Source: a virus
Lineage: Duplodnaviria > Caudoviricetes
Virus record (IMG/VR): IMGVR_UViG_3300034220_000043
Span: 1-54,188 of that record
DNA: 54,188 nt
Reading direction: 5' to 3' (one strand)
Shown: piece by piece, positions 53,635-54,188 of the stretch
Layout of the letters: every line of letters starts with the position of its first letter
Numbering within the stretch: position 1 is the first letter of the stretch
Made by a program: the position numbers and the translations under genes
The notes under the pieces: generated by a model
What the model saw: only the letters and a program-made list of their open reading frames with translations
Told to the model about the DNA's origin: nothing
The model's database searches: none

Positions 53635-54188
53635 CCGCCCGCCTCGCCGACGCCGTCGCCGCCCTGGAGGCGGCCTACCCGCCCGCCCTCGCCGCGGACT
53701 GGGACGCCGTCGGGCTGGTCTGCGGCGACCCCGACGAGCCCGTCGGGTCGATCGTGGTGGCCGTCGACCCCGGGCCGGAGACCGTCGCCGAGACCCTCGA
53801 CGCCGGGGCCCAGCTCCTCGTCACCCACCACCCGCTGCTGCTGCGCGGAGTGCACGGCGTGGGAGCCGACACGCCGAAGGGTGCGCTGGTGCACCGGCTC
53901 GTCCGCGGCGGGGCGGCGCTGTTCACCGCCCACACCAACGCCGACTCCGCCGACCCCGGGGTGTCCGACGCCCTGGCCGCCGCGCTGGGCCTGGCGGTCG
54001 AGGGGCCCCTGGTGCCGGCCAACGACCCGCCGCTGGACAAGATCGTCACGTTCGTGCCGGTCGGACCGGCGATCACCGCCGTGCACGAGGCGCTGTCCGG
54101 CGCCGGAGCGGGGGCGATCGGCGACTACAGCCACTGCTCCTTCGCGACCGCGGGCACCGGCCAGTTCCGCCCGCTGGAGGGCGCGAAC
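53631..54188 (+). CDS. Nif3-like dinuclear metal centre protein (host, truncated by the window end)
   Basis: YPP.LA.DWD.VGL..GDP, THHPLL, HTNAD; GTGA overlap with cobC, same order as Rv2231c-Rv2230c. Confidence 0.9.
   Translation, partial: MTARLADAVAALEAAYPPALAADWDAVGLVCGDPDEPVGSIVVAVDPGPETVAETLDAGAQLLVTHHPLLLRGVHGVGADTPKGALVHRLVRGGAALFTAHTNADSADPGVSDALAAALGLAVEGPLVPANDPPLDKIVTFVPVGPAITAVHEALSGAGAGAIGDYSHCSFATAGTGQFRPLEGAN

Overview
High-GC actinobacterial DNA. Positions ~1-52554 hold an apparently complete temperate siphovirus-type prophage (unit length 52,427 bp). It is followed by host genes: a Rv2231c/cobC-like PLP enzyme and a truncated Nif3-like gene. Bases 1-127 are identical to 52428-52554 and then diverge into phage sequence on the left and host sequence on the right. 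The window therefore appears to span both an attP-type junction and a prophage-host junction of a large serine integrase. The phage has the usual head, tail, lysis, replication and CI/Cro modules. Five features are unusual: (1) a complete AICE/plasmid-like transfer operon (FtsK/TraB, Spd-like protein, HEXXH peptidase, candidate clt repeats) with its own HTH/ImmA/antirepressor switch; (2) a single ~1630-aa PrimPol + SF3 helicase + 3'-5' exonuclease + family-A polymerase ORF with an iteron-rich candidate origin inside its linker; (3) genes nested inside other open genes, namely an antisense HNH inside a DNA methyltransferase and two genes inside a Cas4-like nuclease ORF; (4) a portal-MuF-like-ART-like fusion followed by a small coupled gene; (5) a Bro-N antirepressor carrying a copy of the helicase's C-terminal winged-helix domain. 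All family calls come from motif recognition by eye, not from database searches.
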